Shown: piece after piece, positions 39,950-53,563 of the stretch | Layout: every line of letters begins with the position of its first letter | Numbering within the stretch: position 1 is the stretch's first letter | From: Octopus vulgaris | Lineage: Eukaryota | Length of the DNA: 64,000 bases | NCBI GenBank assembly: GCA_951406725.2 | Contig: OX597826.1 | Coordinates: forward strand, 3,472,001 to 3,536,000 | Reading direction: 5' to 3' | The notes under the pieces: model-generated | The model's input: only the letters and a program-made list of their open reading frames with translations | What the model was told of the DNA's origin: nothing | Database searches by the model: none | Translations under genes and position numbers: made by a program

Positions 39950-40862
39950 CATTATTATTATTATCATCATCATCAACATCGTTATTATTATTATTACTAT
40001 TATTATTATTATTGGGTTGATGTAATCAGCTATTCCCCTCCCCACAAATTTCAGGCCTTGTGCCTTCAGTAGAAAGGATTATTATTATTATTATTATTAT
40101 CATGGCAAGCATCAACACGCTATATCACGGTGAGGTGTTCGTTTCGGAAAGAAAAGTACAAGAAAAAAAAATTACTATCGTACTAACATTATATCACGGT
40201 TGAAGGAAGTATTTAGACGAAAAAATTTCCTATCCCGTATAATGAGGTTCACATGAAATATTCCGGAGAAATTGTTGATAAAAAAAATACAGCAGTATTT
40301 TGTCATTAAGTGATCATTAAAGAAAGTATTACCCAAGGGAAAATATTCTATGTTCAGATAAACATGCAGAAACAAAATCAACAATAATAAACACAGGTAT
40401 AATAATAACATCCATAGGTATTGCTGTTGGTTTCAAATTTTGGCACAATGCCAGCAATTCCTAAGATAGGGCAAGTCGATTACATTGATTCCCCGAATAC
40501 ATAAAAGGTAAATGCAACCTGGGAGAATTTTGAATTCAGTACGGAAGGACGGTCGAAATGCCGCTAAGTATTTTCTCGGTGAACTAATGATTCTGCCAGT
40601 TCAACGCCCTGCGTTAGTTATTAGTACTCTTATTACTACTAAAGCAGTGAGCCTGCAGAATGGTTACCAAAGCTGGAGGCAATAGGTAGCATTGTTTCGT
40701 ACGATTTTACGTTCCGAGATTAAATACCACCTTTGCATTTAATCGTTCCGTAATCGATGAGATAAGTACCAGATAAGCACTGGGGTCGGTGAGATCGACA
40801 ACTACCCTTTCCCAAAATTCCAGGCCTTGTGCTTATATTAGAGAGGATTATTGTTGTTGTTA

Positions 40863-40912
<50 letters not shown>

Positions 40913-40930
40913 GTTATTATTATTATTATT

Positions 40931-41819
40931 ACATTTGTACAAGTTGGCTCCAAGACTCACCCAGAGATCTCAAGAGACAACAAGTTTGAAGTTCATGTTG
41001 GTGTTATACCTAGGGTGCCATGTATTTTGTTTTGTATTTAGTGTTGTACTAGTGAATATCTAAAAAAAACATACGAAAATTATGTTTGTTTTAAAACTTG
41101 AGATTACATAGAAGGTATTTTGCGTAGGATATGAGCAGTTCCCATGAGCACTATCTTTTGAATTTCTGCAATTTTTGGATTTCCTGGTATCTGAGTTAGG
41201 TAGCAATCAGCCCCTTTTGCTATCATTCCCTATGACAACAGGTATTGTTTTAGTCTTCAGTTTCCACATTTTGCTGATTTCTATTTTAAAATCTTTATAT
41301 TTGCTCAGTTTTTGGTAGGTCTTGACAGATACGTTTACATCGATTGTGACAGTCATATCAACGGGGAGGCATGGTTTTTGTCTGAAGTCTTTCAATACTG
41401 GGGTAAAATATACGAGGTCTCGTATACCCTTCATGACTATCCGTCTGGTAAGGGTACACTAGGCACATGCATCACAACCATATGCGCGTGACATAGTGAT
41501 CTCATATCAAGATAAGCAGCACAGGAACTTGCAGGTGGGGCCCAGTTAGAATTTTCTTCTGGTCGAGTAAGTCATCTCGCTCAAAAGGTCCCTGAATAAG
41601 GATTGTTTAAGGATGTTGAATGACCACCCATGTTTCCAAAGGTGAATTATCCAAACCTCCAAGAATTCCTTTTAACACATGGGTATGATACTCTCCCACT
41701 ACTTCTGCTCGCGGTCAGAGATACACATATCGTCAGCCACTAAGGGACATGGTCATCTGGTTAAGGTCAAACAACTGACAAGCAAATCTGTGGTGTTGAG
41801 CAGAATATTTCCTGTAGCC
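40931..41819 (-). mobile_element. Internally deleted Dong/R4 derivative (putative 5'UTR joined to REL/3'UTR), flanked by (TAA)n on both sides
   Basis: 40931-41397 aligns to the Dong 3' end (LKDFRQKPCL..DMTV..YQKLSKYKD..TIPVVIG). 41398-41819 is a structured non-coding segment. Confidence 0.7.
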
Positions 41820-41892
<73 letters not shown>

Positions 41893-41920
41893 CATTATAA
41901 TCATTATTAATATTATTATT

Positions 41921-43380
41921 CTATGTTTGACTTTTGCTTTATATTTGTACAAGTTGGCTCCAAGTCTCACCCAGAGACCTCAAGAGACAACAGGGTTGGA
42001 AGTTCATGTTGTTGTTATGCCTAGTGTGCCATATATTTGGGGGGTGGGGATGTTGTACTAATGAATGTCTAAAAAAAAAATTAAAAAAAAAAAAGTTTTT
42101 TTTTTTTTTTTTTTTTTAAACCGAAAATTATGGTTGTTTTAAACCTTGAGGTTACATAGAGAGTATTTTGCGTAGGATATGAGCAGTTCCCATGAGCACT
42201 ATCTTTTGAACTTCTGCCATTTTTGGGTTTCCTGGTATCTGAGTTAGGTAGCTATCAGCCCCTTTTGCTATCATTCCCAGGGCACCTATGACAACAGGTA
42301 TTGTTTTAGTCTTCAGCTTCCACATTTTGCTGATCTCTATTTCAAGATCTTTATATTTGCTCAGTTTTTGGTAGGTCCTGACAGATACGTTTATATCGAT
42401 TGGGACAGTCATATCAATGAGGAGGCATGTTCTTTGTTTGAAGTCTTTCAATATGATGTCTGGCCTATTTGCATCTATCTTCCTGTCAGTTTGAATGGTG
42501 AAGTTCCAGAGGAGTGAGATGTGGTCATTTTCAAGCACTGGGGTGGTTTGTGTTCCCACCAGTTTTTTTCATGGGGCAAATCCAGGTTTTTACAGATTAC
42601 CCAGTGAATATATTGTGCAGCTCTATCGTGCCTGTTGAGATACTCTGTAGGCGCTAGAAGACTGCACTTGGAGACCACTTGGTCAATGGTTTCATTTTGT
42701 TGCTTGCATACACGACACGTTGGACTGCTTCTGATCTTTAATATGTTGGCCTGGTAGTTTCTTGTTGGTAGGCATTGATCTTGAGCTGCTATGATAAACC
42801 CCTCTGTTTCAGATTTTAAGCCAGAGGCCATTAGCCATTGATGGGTCAGGGCTTTGTCGATATCTGCATTATTCGCTCTCTTTGGGTATTTGCCATAGAG
42901 AGGTTTTTCTTGCCATTTATTATTCAGAATATCTAAGGCCGCAGTTTTGGCACGGGTTTTCATGCGCCTAGCTTTTTCTGTGCTTGTTTCTTGTATGTCT
43001 ATCTCTAATTCCGAAATTGGTTGTATTCGGAATTCACTTAGATATTCCTTTGCCTGTTTTGTGACTGAGTATGATGCTTTCTTGTTTTCATGTTTTGAGA
43101 CAAGTTTTCACATCCAGTCCTCAGAGTTTTTCAGGTAGGTGTCTAGGCCAATTGTAGCAATCTTCATTGTTATTGCCAGTTGCAAAAGACCACGGCCTCC
43201 CTCTTTTCTTGGCAGATAGAGTCGTTCTGTATCTGCCTTAGGGTGGTGCATTCTATGCATTGTCAACAGTTTCCTTATTTTTCTGTCGAGCTGACATATT
43301 TCAGTAATTGACCAGTTAACAATATTGAAACTGTAAGTCTGACTGGTATAGCTAATGCATTGATTGCTTCGATCCTGTTT
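41921..43380 (-). mobile_element. 5'-truncated Dong/R4 LINE: RT thumb, CCHC finger, REL endonuclease, 3'UTR
   Basis: AINALAIPV..LDRKIRKLLTMHRMHHPKADTERLYLPRKEGGRGL; WQEKPLYGKY..ETEGFIIAAQDQ..CRVCKQQNETIDQVVSKC; NRPDIILKD..IDMTVP..KY. Frameshifted; lies between (TAA)n arrays. Confidence 0.95.
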
Positions 43381-43411
43381 CTATATATATATTTCTATAT
43401 ATATATTTCTA

Positions 43412-43448
<37 letters not shown>

Positions 43449-43503
43449 GTTATTGTTATTATTATTTGTAGTATTAGTAGTTGTAGTAGTAGTTGTTGTT
43501 GTG

Positions 43504-43560
<57 letters not shown>

Positions 43561-44129
43561 ACATTAGTATTATTATTATGGTTTCAAATTTTGGCACAAT
43601 GTCAGCAATTTTAAGGTGGATTATATACGTTATTATCGAACCCAGTACTTGGTGGGTACTTAATTTTATCGATCTGGGAGGAAATATATTCAAAGTTGAT
43701 CTTCACGGTATTTGTATTAAAAACGTCAATACTAAGAACTGCTGTTAACCATTTTATCCAGCGTCATAACACATTTTTCCAGCTCGTGTCTTTTTATTAT
43801 TAGACAGAATTGTTCTACTATATTCAAAACATAAATATCTACCACTACAATGTTAAGCAGAAAGAATATATAACAAGGAGTATGAAAAAATAACAGGTTG
43901 AATTTAGGAAAATATATGTTATACCTATATGCTGATACATACAAAAGCGTACGCACGAATACACACACATACACCCATATATGCACACACTCAATGTATA
44001 TAAAAATATAGATTAAAAAATAGATTAAATATAGATGTAAATATACATGTGTCTATATGCACACAAAATTTTATACTTGGAAGCATAATATTAAGGGAAT
44101 GAAACGAAAGATTATTGATCAAGATGATT

Positions 44130-44730
44130 CCGGGCACTCCCCTATGATATTCATTTAACCATTTCTGAAATTGTCTTCGTGTGCAACCGAATGCACCAGT
44201 GAGCATTTTGGTGAAAGCTTGATGCTGAAAAACACCAATATTTTGAGGCTATTCTGTTTTAAGTTCAGTGTAATATTAATAGATTTAATGTTATTAACAA
44301 TCTGTCTCTTTGCATGTTGTTTATTCTCTAAACGTAACAGTTTTTGTATCCTTATAAATTCTTTGGAGATTATATGGACCCACAAATGCGAGATTTTGTC
44401 TTGTAACTGTTTCTTTGATTTTTCGAAGACCGGTGAATCTTAGTTCATCTTTGTTCTGTTCATGTTTTCCTGTAATTTCCTGAGAAGGAATTTATTCCTT
44501 TGTTGTTCGGAAGACAGTGTTCCCCTTCTAATATTTCTTTATTTTGTAGCTTATTTCTCTGTAATTCTAATTTTTACATTTCGGATTTTCAACGATCTTT
44601 ATGAATTTTCATCTGTAGTTATTATTTTTTCTTCATCTCAAGACGCTGTGTTAGAACGCGTATTAGTACTATTAGGAGATGAAGGGTTATTTGGCATAAA
44701 GATATTTCACTTGTTATCTCCGTAATTTTC
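44130..44730 (-). pseudogene. Coding-like decayed segment, possibly a Penelope N-terminal region
   Basis: K/R/E-rich broken reading frames on the minus strand; no definite motif. Confidence 0.25.
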
Positions 44731-45527
44731 ATTGGTAATCAACTGGAAATCGGTATTTGTTGATCGTTTTGTTGTTGCATTTATTCTTCATTATTTTCGT
44801 TGTAATTTTAATGCTTAGGCTTTCCAGCTCGTCCGAGCTTTCCGCTCTATGTATATTATTACCGACTCTGAAAGGATGAAAGGGAAAATTGACTTTGGCG
44901 AGATTTGAACGTGTAATGCAGAGGGTCAGAATGATTACCGCACGATAATCGATCGGTCGTTTTAACGATGCAGTCAATTCGTATATATATACATTCAAAC
45001 ATTCATACATACATGGATACATACACACATACATACATACAAACCAGAAAGGAGAAAGCTAATTTAAAGACTACAGATCTAATCCATCACTGGAATTGTA
45101 AAAATCTGTAAAACTTGCCAGAAATTTATCATTTAAATACTACATGCATGAGAGCACATACATAAAGCCACCACATATAAATCTGCACATATACACACAT
45201 ACAAAGCAACACATAAATATGACCATATACATACATGCAAACACAAATACACTGTTGTTGTTGAAATTCCAATGAAGGCGCATTCAGTCTAGGTTAGAAA
45301 CCAGATCTTTCTTTAGTGGAAAGGAATTTCGTCTGTTCTTACGTTCTGAGATGAAATTCCGCCGAGATCGACTTTGCTTTTCATCATTTCGGACTCAATA
45401 AATTAAGTACCAATTAAACACTGGAGTCGATGTAATCTACCAGTACCCTCCCTAAAAATTTGAAATCAATATTGTGGCGTAATTGTGTGTTGCTATTTCG
45501 GACGTATATGTGTGTAGATAAAATGTA

Positions 45528-45739
45528 GAGTAATCCCTCACCATATCGCGATTCACATATCGCGGTTTATTATTTAAGATTACGTCGATTCCTCTGGGGT
45601 TTGTTTTGTATTTACAATAAAATTAATATATGAAAATAATTTTAAAAATATGCAATACAGTACTGTTTCTACTTCGCGGATTTTCACCAGTCGCGAGGGG
45701 CTTTGTAACGTAACACCCGCGATAGTCAAAGGATTACTG
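45528..45739. mobile_element. Tigger/pogo-like MITE
   Basis: Ends GAGTAATCCCTCACCATATCGCG and CGCGATAGTCAAAGGATTACTG form imperfect TIRs; TA on both sides. Confidence 0.75.
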
Positions 45740-47379
45740 TAATGAGACAAAGATCAATTTTTGTGCTGCTGATCCTCGACTTTCGAGGGCAGGTCTTACT
45801 TAGGCTAATATAGTTCTTACTAGAACTTATTGAAAATCTATTTCTGTAATACATACGCAGATTGTGTACCGGAGATAAGCAAAATACCAACAACATTCTT
45901 GAAGGCCTGTTTTTCACAGATAAGAAGCACTTGGTACGTGTGTGTGTCTGTATATATGCATGTATGCGCGCACGTCTGTAGTGTGTGTGTGAGTGTGTGT
46001 GTGAGAGTGTGTGTGTGTGTGCGCGTTTTTTCGTGCGTGCACAGTAGCAAGCCTTGTAGAATGTAAAGGAATTGTTTTCAGTGAGATGTGATTGGTCTAT
46101 GCAGTGAGAAGCCTTTCTGACCTCGAACTGCAACACAACACAAAAGAAATAACAAATAACCTGATGAACTCACGTAGGATATCAGAGGATATTTAACTAT
46201 GCTATTGCTAATGAGTGGTAGATAGAAAATATTAAATGTATTATGTTTTTACGATATCCAAATTAATAAAGATAGTTTTGATGTATATATATCTCTAACT
46301 TACATGTTTAATGTTCGCAAGCCATTTATATTACATTCCATTAATTTGATATACATAACCACTAGGCTGAGATACAAATGACAGTGTTGTGAATTTTATT
46401 TCTGTATGAGGTGGTTGAAATCATGTAATACGTAACGGGTTTGATAGTGTTTCGTCTCCGTTTAGGATTGTCCGTGTACTAGTTTAGGTATTACTCTGTA
46501 TAATGTGTTGCAATTTCGTTGATGATTGAGGAGTTAGAATGACATAAAATGTACACGCTCCCCGAAAAACTCAGACGGTTATTCTAAATTATTTATCAGT
46601 GAAAGAAGGGTTTACTGTTTCATACCATTTCATTCGTACTTCTGGGCATTAAACTGCCCATCATTTATTAAACATCAAATAAATGATGGAGTTTTGATCA
46701 GAACACAGATATTTAATTTGGCAATTTTACTGGTATTTTAACACGAAAAGAATGTCTTTTCGAATAAATTTTCAGAAATTTAATTAAATTTTTATGTCTC
46801 AAATATTGATTTTGTATCTATATCAACGAATCCGCTGAAATAAGTTCAATATAGATAATAATATTAAATATACTAAGCTTTAATTTGTATAACATTTAAT
46901 ATAGCTACAAATAATCGCTTCGGGATAACGAAATTAAAGTGTTGCTCATGTTATAACATATAATTCATTTAAATTTCAGATAACATAAAAAATGGGTCAA
47001 AAGAGAACGCACTCTAAATGAGTACAACATTAATTATACAAGGTGCATTCCAGAAGATTTGAGACGTTTTTCAGGAGAGACATTTCACAATTTCCAAGAT
47101 GTGCAATGCTCTAATCTTCTTCAAAACAGGAATATCTGACGTTAGTGCATGCACTTGTTGTAGCGCTCCAAGCACTACATGAAGACTCGATGGATGTCCT
47201 TCAAAGTGAAGGGGTCATTCAAGGTCCCTTGGCACAGCCTCATTCATTTTTTCTGTGTCATTGATGTTATCCTTCAGCTTAACCAACGAACTAAAGTCAT
47301 AGGAAGGAAGGTCCAGACGGTAGAGAAAGCGAGGGATAATTTTACTGCTAATATCAGTCAAGTAGTTTGTTACTAAGTT

Positions 47380-47705
47380 GGGTGAAGGTGCGTAGCCTAG
47401 TGGTTAGAGCATTCTGCTCGCGCTCGTAAGGTTGTGAGTTCAATTACCGGCTACGCTTTGTACCCTTGAGCAAGACACTTTGTTTCACGTTGCTCCAGTC
47501 CACTCAGCTGGTAAAAATGAGTTGTACCTGTATTTTAAAGGGTCAGCCTTGTCACACTTTGTGTCACGCTGAATCTCCCTGAGAACTACGTTAGGGGTAC
47601 ACGTGTCTGTGGATTGATCAGTCACTTGCACGTTAATTTCACGAGCAAGCTGTTCCGTTGATCGTATCAGCTGGGACCCACGTCGTCGTAACCGACGGAG
47701 TGCTC
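47380..47705 (+). mobile_element. Full-length SINE family 3 with 10-bp TSD
   Basis: TSD TTACTAAGTT at 47370-47379 and 47706-47715. Homologous to 11709-12036. Confidence 0.92.
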
Positions 47706-48301
47706 TTACTAAGTTTGAATTATAAACTAGTGCATTGTCCTGGTACAGGTACAACAGACCCTGGAAGAAGACCTCTAGGCTTCTGCGGTGAAATATCTTC
47801 CTAAACCTTCTCAAAACTTCCACATCGTCATCTATATCTAACTGTATCCAGAAGGATACCAATGGATATAGACGATGCCCCTGCTGTTGAAAAAGAGGAA
47901 CATCTTGACATCCCGGTGAACTTATTTCGTATGGTGTTTCTAGAGTGTGGAGCATCTAGTATCTTCGATTGACCACTCTCACTCTAGATCATAACAGTAG
48001 ATCCAGCTTTTGGCACAGGCCATCTGACTTTGAAAGGCCCTTAGATGGTGTTTATGAGCTCAACCATCTCCCTGGTATCAATAAATCGTTTTCCATTTTG
48101 TTCATCACTGTGCACTCTTGGCAAAATCTTTGCATAAATTGTGTGCATCTTCAGATCGTCTAGCCTAATTCTGTGTGCAGTTCCTTGACCATCTCAAACA
48201 GTTTACTTATTGTCATTACAAATACTGCGTTTTTCATTCAGAAAATTGGAAATTCGTAAATTTTCTAAACCAGCTCTGATATTCTGACGTGACTCTCACT
48301 C

Positions 48302-48553
48302 TGTTGTATGGACGCCCCCAGACGATGAAGTAGGCTAACCCAATACATGGATATAGAGGGAGAAGTCTAGATGTCAGGAGTTGAGTAGAGGTCATCGGAA
48401 CGTACGATATAACAGTGGGGGCAACGAGGATGTGATCCACTCTTATATCGCACGTTCCGATGAACTCTACTCGACTCCCGACGTCTAGACTTCTCCCTCT
48501 ATACCCACGTATTGGGTTAGCTTACTTCATCGTCTGGGGGCGTCCACACAACA
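48302..48553. mobile_element. Foldback MITE with TGTTG...CAACA ends and 5-bp TSD (Ginger/TDD-like)
   Basis: Arms 48302-48418 and 48437-48553 around an 18-nt spacer. CACTC at 48297-48301 and 48554-48558. Confidence 0.85.
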
Positions 48554-48671
48554 CACTCCCAGCCAACTTGCAAACTGTCTTTACTTCCCAGCTGCATTCA
48601 GCAAACTAGTCCGCTAGAACAAACAGTTTTTTGTTGGATAGCAGGACAGCTTAATAGCTGTATGGTTGTGG

Positions 48672-49044
48672 TACTCCGTCGGTTACGACGACGAGGGTTC
48701 CAGCTAATCTGATCAACAGAAATTAACGTGAAATTATCGTGCTCGTGAAATTAACGTGCAAGTGGCTGAGCACTCCACAGCATAGTTCTCGGGGAGATTC
48801 AGCGTAACACAGAGTCTGACAAGACTGTCCCTTTTAAATACAGTTACAACAGAAACAGGAGGAAAGAGTGAGAGAAAGTTGTGGTGAAAGAGTACAGCAC
48901 GGTTCGCCCCACCCACTGCCGGATATCGTGAAGCTTTGGGTGTTTTCGCTCAATAAACACTCACAACACCCGGTCTGGGAATCAAAACTGCGATCCTACG
49001 ACCGCGAGTCCGCTCCCCTAACCACTGGGCCATTGCACCTCCAC
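48672..49044 (-). mobile_element. Chimeric SINE (family-4-like head, family-3 tail)
   Basis: Head GTGGAGGTGCAATGGCCCAGTGGTTAG; tail CTCGTCGTCGTAACCGACGGAGT. Confidence 0.8.
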
Positions 49045-50607
49045 AGTTGTATGGTAATGCTATACTAAAATTACAGTAATCTTGGACAATTATAATTGCT
49101 TTTTCTAAAATATCTCACAACTTCTTATTTGCACTTCGTTCTTTTAAAAATGCTAATCAATTCAAAATCTCTTTTGAAGATATTATAATCAAACTTTCAA
49201 TTACACAATTTTTAAGTAAAAGAAGACGAGAATGGATTTATTCCTGATATTAAACCATCTTCGACTTTCTGTTTGCTGTTTTAGTGTACATCTACTAGAC
49301 ATGTACTAAAGGCATGTCCGTTGTGTGAAAGTGATTGTACTTATTTGTAATCATCTTAGTATCTAGTAGTGTTATATCTGTGTGGTAGGTTATTTTTTAA
49401 CACGGAAATAAATCTGTACGCGATACATACATTCATGAAATAACGCAGGATATTAGTAAATAGATATCATTAACACTCTTACCGTAAAGTAACATAATGC
49501 AGTATCCATGATTCTTTTTTAGGATCTCTGATAGCCGAGGCAGGGAAGAAGATATCATCAAACCGGATTCAACCTCGAAAGTTAGCAACAAAATGAGGTC
49601 CCCTAAATGCGACTGAGGGACATATGTGGTAGTGTTAGACGAAACAACCAATTAAATCTATCAGCAAAGTAGGCTATGATTTGAACATAAAACGCATAAA
49701 TCCTGAAGAAATATCGTAAGAAATCAATCCAAAACGCTAAAACATCAACACCGGTGTACGTTATAAACATTCATCGGACCAGAAAAATGAATAGCGAAGT
49801 TGAACTCCGAACTCAGAAGGAAGAATTGAATGAGAATAGCCTTCTTAGAATGAAAGGCTCACACGTAAGAAATTATTTTCTCTGATGCAAAATACCTCTT
49901 CTCACAATCCCTGCTGCCAAGTCGTTTTATACTTCCTGCAAAGTAAAGTAGATGCTGAGAGCAATACATTTATTGTAAAAGAAAAGAGTAAGACTGTAAG
50001 ACATATATGTGTAGTTCAATGGAATTTTGTACCAACAATTTCTGTAAAAAGAAGCAATTACATAAGGTTGAATAATTGTCGATACGTCCCTGGAAGACGG
50101 TACCCTTCCATTTGCATACTATGATGATTAAACCAGTAAAGTGACAATAAAACTTAAATATGGAAGTGAATTGTGAACATATTTACATGTTTTCATCGAC
50201 TAGTCGAACAGGTTTTATAAACCTATTCGATTACACTCGCTCATTCATATAATAGTACAACTGTTTTTATGTATAAAAAACTCATCCTTAACATTAAGTA
50301 TCTCCGCCCACATTAAAAATCTCTGCCCGCATTAAGAATCTCTACCCAATTGTTATCTTAATTAAAATAATTGTAAATATCATGTTTACTTTGATGATAT
50401 GACCTTATTTTTCTGATGCAGAACAATCGACATTTAATGGGGTTTTTTTCATTAATGCGTATATTCATGCACGTGATAGTAAATGTACAACCTGGACTTA
50501 AATGATATCGGTTAGATGTGAAAGCAAACCAAAACTAATCCAGAGCATCTCATATAACATACGTATATGTTGCTAGTAAAACCGACTTAATATTTGTCAT
50601 AATTTAA

Positions 50608-51162
50608 GGCGCCGAGCTGGCAGAAACGTTAGCACGCCGGGCGAAATGCATAGCCGTATTTCGTCTGCCGTTACGTTCTGAGCTCAAATTTCCGCTGAGG
50701 TCGACTTTGCCTTTCATCCTTTTGGGGGTCGATAAAGTAAATACCATTTGCGCACTTGGGTCGATATAATCGACTTAATCCGTTTGTCTGTCCATGTTTG
50801 TGCGGTCTGTGTGTAGCCCCTTGTGGGCAGTAAAGAAATAGGTATTTCGTCTGTCTTTACGTTCTGAGTTCAAATTCCGCCGAGGTAGACTTTGCCTTTC
50901 ATCTTTTCGGAACGATGAAATAAGTACCAGTTGCGAACTGGGGTCGATATAATCGACTTAATCCGTTTGTCTTTCCTTGTTTGTCCCTTTTGTGTTTAGC
51001 CCCTTGTGGGTAGTAAAGAAATACGTATTTCGCCTGTCTTTATGTCACCGAGGTCGACTTTGCCATTCATCCTTTCGAGGTCGATAAAATAAATATCTGG
51101 GGTTGATCTAATCGACTGGCACCCTCCCCAAAAATTTCGGTCCTTGTGCCTAGAGTAGAAAA
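50608..51162 (+). mobile_element. SINE family 2: one head followed by three tandem body units
   Basis: GGCGCCGAGCTGGCAGAAACG head, then three repeats of the GTATTTCG.CTG...GAGGT.GACTTTGCC.TTCATC body. Confidence 0.9.
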
Positions 51163-51488
51163 TAATATTTGTCATAGTCGTTATTTCAGTGAGCATTAAG
51201 ACATACGATGAAATGAAAAACATATACGATGCAAAGAAGACAATGACAAATATATCATTGACGATTACACGTGTGCGATAAAAAAAGCAAAAAACATCTT
51301 GAATGGTAGAGGCTTTCACATGTTATTTTGCAATAGACTTCACAGTATCAGCAGAAGTGGAGTGAAAATAACTCCGCGAATGTACAAGAGTTTACACATG
51401 CAGTCATAGGCAAATTGAAATGTCATGGAAAGCAAATCACCCTCGGACCCGCATTAACACCAAAGTCTTTTTTTTTTTATTAACGAGC

Positions 51489-51884
51489 TTTTTTTTTTAC
51501 TTGTTTCAGTCATTTGACTGCGGCCATGCTGGAGCACCGCCTTTGGTCGAGCAAATCGACCCCGGGACTTATTCTTTGTAAGCCCAGTACTTATTTTATT
51601 GGTTCTTTTGCCAAACCGCTAAGTGACGGGGATGTAAACACACCAGCATCGGTTGTCAAGCAATGCTAGGGAGACAAACACAGACACACAAACACACACA
51701 CACATATATATATACATATATGCGATAGGCTTCTTTCAGATTCCGTCTACCAAATCCACTCACAAGGCATTAGTCGGCCTGGGCTATAGCAGAAGACACT
51801 TGCCCAACATGCCACGCAGTGGGACTGAACCCGGAACCATGTGGTTGGTTAGCAAGCTACTTACCACACAGCCACTCCTGCGCC
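51489..51884 (-). mobile_element. Full-length SINE family 1 with A-tail
   Basis: tRNA-like head (TGGCTGTGTGG, GGGTTCAGTCCC), CORE-like TTGGGCAAGTGTCTT, internal TA/TG tract, poly-A tail. Confidence 0.92.
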
Positions 51885-52094
51885 TTAAGCTTAGTCTTAA
51901 TCACATATCAAAACGTAATCTCGAATATTTAATTTCTTAGCCACTTTTGGGACTGGTAGATTAAATTTATTCAAACTTATTTAGCTATTATTTTCTGAGG
52001 GAGATGATGAGTATGCCTATCATATTCTCCGATAATTCCCTAAATGTTCATTTACTGAAAAATGTATAATTATGTGTGTGTGTATATGTGTATG

Positions 52095-52135
<41 letters not shown>

Positions 52136-52190
52136 ATATACACACACACATATACATACATATATATATATATATATATACACACACATA

Positions 52191-52221
<31 letters not shown>

Positions 52222-52271
52222 ATATACATACAAACATATATATATATGTAGATAGATATATACATACATAC

Positions 52272-52320
<49 letters not shown>

Positions 52321-53072
52321 GTTTCATTTCCTCATTGTTTCCTATTTTTATTTCACCTTCAAATGCATAGCTGTGCTTTTGTATTTAAGCGACTTAGGCG
52401 ATTGGTGCATATATTGTTTCCGTGCATGACACATAACGGCTAACGCAACGGCGTTATGTTATATATAAGTCAAGTGTCTATCATTATTGAATATAAAATC
52501 TAGAAAATTGATGTTCTCTTTCGTATAAACACTCTCTCTCTCTCCCACACTGTCTGTCTGTCTCTCACTCTCTCTCTCTCTCTCTCTCACATTCAGAGTA
52601 CTATTCAGTCGACTATAGAACAAGTCATTTCCTGGTCATTACGTGAAAAGAACATCGAGAGAGCCATCATCCGGAGTAACCAACAGTTCAAGTAATAAGG
52701 AAGTTAGGGTCGTGAATACAGTGGTTGTGTTGCGATAGTCATAAATCAATGTCCAATCTATGCCCTAACTCTCGGCATCACGCTCTAAAATTGTTATTGT
52801 CAAAGTGTCTGCGAACAAAAAAAAAAAAGAAAGAGAAAAGAAAATCAAGGAAGCGTTACCATAACTACTAAACATTATGAGATCCATTGCGAAGCGAATA
52901 TTATACCAATATAGACTTATAACAAAAATGCATCAAGGCATAAATATCCATGGCATTAGTTTGATTGGATACGTTATTGATTGATAATATTGTCCTCTTG
53001 TTAGTTCCAATTGAATTAAAAGACTTAATGGCTATCCATATAGCACCCATCTCATGTACAAATACATAAATG

Positions 53073-53118
<46 letters not shown>

Positions 53119-53122
53119 CAGC

Positions 53123-53157
<35 letters not shown>

Positions 53158-53199
53158 CATACACGCATATGTGTACACATACACGCGCGTATATATACG

Positions 53200-53239
<40 letters not shown>

Positions 53240-53364
53240 CGTGTGTGTATGTTTACGTATGTATTTGTGTTTACAATAGAAGTAACTTAATATTCATGTT
53301 ACCGTTTAGCCGTATACATACATGCATACATACATATATACATATGTTTAAATATATATATATG

Positions 53365-53439
<75 letters not shown>

Positions 53440-53531
53440 ATGTGTGTGTTTGAATGTGTATGTACATATTTACATAAATGTACATGTATGTATATAGATT
53501 TATGCACACAAGCTCGCACACACACACACAG

Positions 53532-53563
<32 letters not shown>

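Larger units (their letters stand above)
47037..48640 (-). mobile_element. Decayed mariner transposase remnant interrupted by a SINE and a MITE
   Basis: VLRRFRKIFHRRSLEVF..LYQDNALVYNSNLV (HQDNA motif); C-terminal YDF..KLKDN..KMNEAV..CLERYNKC. Boundaries approximate. Confidence 0.75.

Noticed and set aside
47485-47955. 156-aa ORF
   Set aside because: It is a read-through from the mariner remnant into an antisense SINE.
52530-52640. (CT)n tract followed by Inr-like TCAGT as a Pol II promoter
   Set aside because: The motifs are too short and common, and no downstream gene is supported.
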